Assembly (NCBI RefSeq): GCF_009914755.1
Contig: NC_060934.1
Source of the DNA: the human T2T-CHM13v2.0 reference genome, Homo sapiens
Length of the DNA stretch: 64,000 bases
Reading direction: 5' to 3' (one strand)
Shown: in pieces, positions 57,268-64,000 of the stretch
Layout of the letters: each line of letters opens with the position of its first letter
Numbering within the stretch: the first letter of the stretch is position 1
Position numbers and translations under genes: made by a program
Notes under the pieces: model-generated
Database searches by the model: none
Seen by the model: the letters and a program-made list of their open reading frames with translations, nothing else
Told to the model about the DNA's origin: nothing

Positions 57268-58279
57268 ACACAAGTAATTGCATTTTCTTGACTTTATTTA
57301 GAAAAATAATAATTCTAAAACCTTTAGAAGTATAAATGTAGATTAGCTCTTTATGCATAATGTTGTTGAAGGCAATATAGAGGGAAAAGACACGAACGAG
57401 AGACACAATCATTGAGAGCTCATAGAGACAACTTTTCTGAGTCCTAGGTGAAGCAGATGGGGTAGAAATCCTGAAGACGATGGAGAATAGGGATCATTCC
57501 ACGAAAGGGGAGGATCGCTCTGAGGATATAAATTTCTGAGTCCTGGTACAGGTTCTGACTCGGTGCCCCATCCTCTTAGGCAGGTCACCTCACCACACTG
57601 ACCTGCTTTCTCATTTGCATCGTAAGACAGGTTGTGCTAAGTTCCTTCTGACTCTTACATTCCATGATTACAAGTGTAAATGGTAGAAACAGAATTCACA
57701 TTAAGGGCATAAAGTTGAGAAACTGAGATTTTCACAGACTTCAACATTATGTTTTTATGCAGCTATTATTAACTGGCTGGAGATCTCTATTTATTCCATT
57801 TCCAAATCTACGTCCAAATTAAAAGATTGCTTAGCCATTTTACTAAATCTTGCCATTAAACTACGATAATACATTGCATTAAAAGTTCATAGTTGAAAAG
57901 CTTTTTCTCCCTTTTGATGAGTTAATGATGACCAAGTGAAAGTTCTGCATGAGAAAGAACTCTGGTTATTGAACAGAGGAAAGGAATGAAGAGCAAATGT
58001 CTTTGAAAATAGCTAAGTCTTCCTATTTCTGGAAAAATGTTTAACTTGTGGCATCATACTAGACTTATAAATTGTTTAATGAAATTCTTTCTAATCCCAT
58101 GTTCCTGATGACTTAAGGTTAAAAAGAAGGCTTAACTTTTACAAAAACTAATTTTTGAAGTATCATGAAAAAAAATGGAAGGAGGAATGGGTAGGGTCTC
58201 TGAATTACTTACTAGTTAATCATTTGGATTTAAGCATTTGGATGATGAACTCTGATGTAATACAATCAATTGATCAACA

Positions 58280-58470
58280 TTCCCTAAAAACTTGCTATGG
58301 GTCAGGCACTTACATGCATTTTATTGATTCCTCACAGCCCTATTGCATATTATTAATTTCATTGTATAGGTTCAAAGCAGCTCAGAGAGCTGAAATATGT
58401 GCCCAAGATCTCACAACTGATGAGAACAGAACCAGAATTTGAATGTAATTCTGTCTGATAAGGCACACAT
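58280..58470 (-). mobile_element. MIR
   Basis: 'ctatgggtcaggcact...attcctcacagccctat...gctcagagagctgaaatatgtgcccaagatctcacaact...gaaccagaatttgaa'. Confidence 0.7.
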
Positions 58471-60351
58471 TCTTTCTCTGCTTTGTATTTGCCACAAAAA
58501 ACATTTGAGGTATGAATATATAAATGTGGAAAGTATATATTTACTCTTTTTTTTCCTGTTCTAAATTAATTTGAAAGGAACAAAACAAGAAACAAATATG
58601 CCTGCAATGAATAACAGTTTCATTTAGCCCCTATGTTTCTGACTCCATATCTCTCTCTTCCCTCACCTGTCTGCGAAGGTCTCTTGTCTTCTTACACATG
58701 TTGTCTAAAGCAATATTCAGGGTATTACTCCTTTCTTTTTTTCCAGCCTGCAAAGAAGAAAAAACGACATAAGCAATGGTATCAATTAATCTTTATCACT
58801 TAGCAATTTGCTTTCTAAATTTCCTGAAAATAACAGCTTGAAATTCAAGAATAGGTTTCAAAACTGCTATATTATATATGATTCATGAGCATTTCACTTA
58901 AGACTAAGTAGAATGGTGATTAAAGCTCACATTATTTTCATCTTTATGCTTCTGTAATATTTCCGATACGGAGTTAGGTTGTATTCAGTGTGACAATAGG
59001 CAGAGCATTATCTTCATGAAACTCTGATCTTCATTTTTAACAAGTCAAATCTTAAATCACTAAGCAGGCAATTAGCTTAAAAGCATTAGATGCCCAATTT
59101 GTCAACTTCTGTGGGAGTTTCTAAAGTCATTTCCATGGTGTATTGTGTAAGTTATGCAGAGCCATATTGGAATTTTGCTAAACACTAAATAAAGTATGCA
59201 GTGCAAATTCATACAATTTGCAAAAGTTGACCACAATTTTAGCTGACAATATTCCAAGAACAAATTGTTTTAAGTAAGAACTGGACGCTGTTTTTGGCTC
59301 TTTAAGATAATTTGTGCAACACCTTTTTATTCTTTGAGCAGAACAGCTCTCTGTTATATCCTTAACCTAAATCTTTAGGCTATTAAGCACATAGAGAGTC
59401 ACCTTGGTTGGTATTTTCTACATATTATTTTTGTGCAAGACAACTAGATTAAATCTAATCATACTTTTTGCAGTGATATCTCACATAAAAGAGATTGGAA
59501 AAATCATTATGTGATTCACCTCTAGGAAAATTGCTGCTGTTTAAATTAATAAACTGAAAAGGGATCTTGAGAGAAGACCTTGAAAATCAGGAAGGCAAGT
59601 TTAAGCAGCTGATAACTGAAGGGGGTTACAGCACGAACTCAATGAAAAAGGACACTGAGGCCAAGTATAAACCACGAGGAAGCATGTCTGACACTTTCCC
59701 CAATGACTAAACTCATGCATAAACCCATACCCTGCAGTGGACTCCCTAACAAGAAATTTAAAAACTCTCTATACTCTGTCCTAACCTACTTTTTTACTCT
59801 TATGTACTGCTATATACTCTCCTTTACAGTAGCAATATTCCTATAATTTTCTGTCTCTTCTCCCCAGTTCTTACATGTAATGTACCTTTGATTTCAGAGA
59901 TCATCTTCTAAAACACCTACTGAAGTCCTATCTACTCCTCACTGGTTTCTACAGGGAGTTCTTCCAACAACCCTGCTCAAAAGTAAAGTCTCACTTTTCC
60001 TTTTTCCAACAGCATTTTGAGTGTTTTTCAATATAATCATTTTATTTATGTGCATCCCCCTTATGATACTGTTAGAATCCTGATATTGGCAAATATATCT
60101 CAATTTTTTTTCTATTCCTGATAGTAACTTACATAGGACTTATCAAATAGAGTTGACTAGACTATAAATGAGCAATTTAATTCAAAACACAACATAGTTT
60201 GATTAGAGGCCTACTGTTTTCCAGGAAGGTGTCATTCTAGAGACTCTGGAGGAGATTTTAGCATTTAGCTCTCAAGGCACAGCTAAAGTTCTCTATGAGC
60301 TGAGGTTGCTGGTATCTACCTCAAACTCAGGTCAACCTATATTTTCCCAAC

Positions 60352-60545
60352 AGCAGTGTTACTGATATTTAAAGTGTGAAAAATGGCCATCATTGGAGAT
60401 CATTCGATACACTGCAAGATATCTGGCATTCGTGGACCCAGGTCTGCTAAATTCAATACCAAATCTGGCGCACTGTGACAGCCAAAAATTGGCACCACAT
60501 ATGTTCAGCTGCCTCCTATAGGAAGACACAGTAGAAGGCCAGTAA
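60352..60545. mobile_element. MER20-like hAT-Charlie fragment
   Basis: 'cactgcaagatatctggcattcgtgg...gtgacagccaaaaat'. Confidence 0.45.
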
Positions 60546-60983
60546 GTCTTTACCATGTTTTAGTTTCTTATAAAGAGATTGTGGAATGTGTACACCATGG
60601 AAACTGTGTCTAGGGAAGAGAGAAGTAAGAAAAGGGAAATAGGAGAGATTTGGTTAGGTTATTTCTATGAGCACTAATAACATTCTGGATATCAGAGCAA
60701 TGGCAGCAATTACACAGATGAAAGTTGTGGCTACCTTCACAGCTCCTACTCAGCATTCTCTATGCTAGCAGTGGGGAATTATGAAGAGCTAACTCATGAC
60801 TATACAGGACAATGGCATAAACAGATACACAATGAGCTCTCAGACAGTTTATAATTTTACCTAAAGAACCCAGCCCTTATTCTCTAGCTTCATGCAGTGT
60901 TTGCTCTTGGTTGTATCGCTTTCCACTTCATGAAAGCAGAGATAATAAAAAAGAGGCAGAAGTGGGACAGACAAAGAGACCTC

Positions 60984-60985
<2 letters not shown>

Positions 60986-61026
<41 letters not shown>

Positions 61027-61050
61027 CACACACACACACACACACACACA
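60986..61050. repeat. Long interrupted (CA)n microsatellite
   Basis: About 30 CA units with one TG interruption. Confidence 0.95.
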
Positions 61051-61924
61051 GTATCAGGAATAATATGGGAGACTCCTGTTGTGTTGGCTGTAAAAACCCG
61101 CTAGCTTCTGTGGTGTGATTCATCAGAACAACTAAAAAATGTCAGCTTTCTCAGAGCTAGCAGCAGAAGCATACCAAACTTTAAATAAAGGATGACAGGA
61201 GGTGACAGCACAAAGAGATTCAATAGGAACTATAAAAATTATTCCCTAATTTCTACCCAGAGCTTAACCCTAGTTTAAAATGTTTCACTGGGTCAAAGAC
61301 GTTTCATTGTCTAGGCAATAATAAACAGTCCCTATCATGACAGGAAGTTTAAAGGTCTCCCTTCTTGCTTTTTTCTCCCTTGATCCCCTATCCCCAACCA
61401 CAATCACCTTTCTACTTTTTCACCTCCGGCTTTTTATTGGATCCTTGCTCTATTTATCTAGATTTATTTGGCTTCAGTCAAGCCATTTTATGCCTCTTTA
61501 TTCCTTTTGCATAGCATAAAAATAAATAAGGCAAGGAGAAATAGCCCCGTCCTGCTTAAAGGCCCTCATTCCTTCTTTTTTCAAAGCCTTAACAAATCAT
61601 CAATGAGCTCGGACTAAAGGTGAATTCTGTGTTCTGAGACAAGAGATGGAAATGGCAGGATATTAAAACACAACTGCAGATAACAGTCAGAACCTGCCTA
61701 TATCCCGAGTGCTCAGAAAAGAGACTGCTCCTTAAAGAAATCCTTGACAGAAGCCATTATTAAGTCAGCAAATCCCTGCTAATGGAAAAGGGACCACTTA
61801 CAGTGGAGTGTCAGGCAGATAGACACTCACATGGCACAGGTCAGCACTGTATAGGGAAAGCAGTCACATTCTTCATCTGTAAACAAACTGCCAAGAAAGA
61901 CTTTATTAAAAAAAAAAAATTCTG

Positions 61925-62250
<326 letters not shown>

Positions 62251-62479
62251 AATAGACAACCAAAAAATCCCAACCCTCAAAGTGCTTACTCCCTAGTGGA
62301 GAAACATAAGGTCTAATTATGTCCCTCCTTTGCTCTAAAACCCTTCACTGTATCCCTACTGATGAAATTAAGAACAAAGTCTTGATCATTGTGTTCAAAG
62401 CCTCATATAATCTACTTCTGTATTTACTAAACCACTAATAAGACACCTTAATGGGTCTTTTCTATTCTCTGCAATATGA

Positions 62480-62889
<410 letters not shown>

Positions 62890-63039
62890 TGGTTATGGAC
62901 CTCTTTCAAGGTATAACTCAGTTACTAAATTTTACATAGAGCCTTTGTTGATCTTCTCATTTGCAATTAATTACTCTCTTCCATGATACTTTCTTATAGT
63001 TCTTATACTTCTTTTATAACACTTGGTTTAATAAATAGG

Positions 63040-63830
63040 TCAACATAGTCAACAAATCTTTATCATCTACTATATGCGGGACACCATGCTAAGAACTAGT
63101 CGCTGCCTTTCAGGTGCACAAATCTAGTGATAGACATAAACACAGTAGTTTATAGAGGTACCTAGGATAACACATGGATTGATGAGAGCAGCACTCTCAA
63201 TAATGATGAAGGAAGCATTCTTGAGTAGGTAACAATTGAGTATTACAGGATATATAAAAGTCAGCCAGGTGAAGAGAAGAGAAAAAGCTTATCAGGGACA
63301 GGTATAGCCTGAGCAAAGGTAAAGGTCCTTAAAGATTATTTGGTTATTAGTAAAAGTGTTAGGAGAGGCCTGATCCTGGAGGTCTTTGCTATGCCAAGAA
63401 ATGAGCTTAACCCTATAGACAACTGGGAGTCATAGAAGTTAAGAAAATGAATGATACAATCAGTCCATTATATCAAACCGGCTGTGGAGTCTGCACAATG
63501 GATTTGAGGAGATGACAAGCAGAAATAGAAGCATTAAATGGTCACAGTAATAGTCCACAGAGAGATGAACAGTGTTGAAACTAATGCAATGGCAGTCAGG
63601 ATAAAGAAAAACCACAGACTTAAGGACTCTATAATAGAGTAACCTGGGTAGGAGGATGACTGGCAGATGCTGGCAGGTGAAGGAAAGAGAACAATCTAGG
63701 CTGATGTCCTGGTTTCCAGCAGTGACAGCTGGCTAGATGATGGAGTTGTGAACTGAAATTGTCATTTCAAGGAGAAAGCCAGGTCAACACAAGGATGATG
63801 ATTTCAGCCTGGGAACTGCTGAAGGGCTCA
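63040..63830 (-). mobile_element. L2 fragment
   Basis: 'ctactatatgcgggacaccatgctaag', 'taatagtccacagagagatga', 'ggctgatgtcctggtttccagc' resemble antisense L2. Confidence 0.7.
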
Positions 63831-63849
63831 TAAAGAGCTCATTTCATTA

Positions 63850-64000
63850 GTATTTGTCCTATGCTTAATTACTTACCTGAATGTGTCTTTCTCACTAGAT
63901 GGTATGATCCTTGAAATATAAAAATATCTTACATATATTTTGTCCCTCAAAGGATCTAGCACAGTGCTTTGCACATAGTAGGGGCTCAACAGTTATTTGT
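63850..64000 (+). mobile_element. L2 3' end
   Basis: 'ctagcacagtgctttgcacatagtaggggctcaacagttatttgt'. Confidence 0.7.

Overview
This window looks like AT-rich, CpG-poor, non-coding primate DNA, probably human or ape (it carries AluY/AluS, L1PA/L1PB, THE1 and MER11). It reads as deep intron or gene desert. I recognise no protein-coding gene, tRNA, rRNA, snRNA or CpG island, and I cannot identify the locus. The longer ORFs in the track are Alu/L1/LTR read-through or chance. The window holds 18 Alus, several L1 blocks, 9 solo LTRs (MLT2, four MLT1, THE1, MER11, LTR47, LTR16), DNA-transposon fossils (MER2, MER5, MER33, MER53, MER102, MER20-like), ancient L2/L3/MIR fragments and microsatellites. 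Repeat names come from my memory of consensus sequences, so subfamily calls and edges are approximate. I found no convincing new biological system. The most notable structures are: (1) a non-TE 67-nt pre-miRNA-like hairpin with perfect 19-bp arms at 45770-45836; (2) two dispersed short duplications of apparently unique DNA (48087/50714 and 9968/10942); (3) a nested insertion at 11.3-14.1 kb, where a 5'-inverted L1 had one 15-bp target site hit twice more; (4) 8 of 9 LTRs on the + strand, hinting at a minus-strand host transcript; (5) several low-confidence exon and enhancer candidates.
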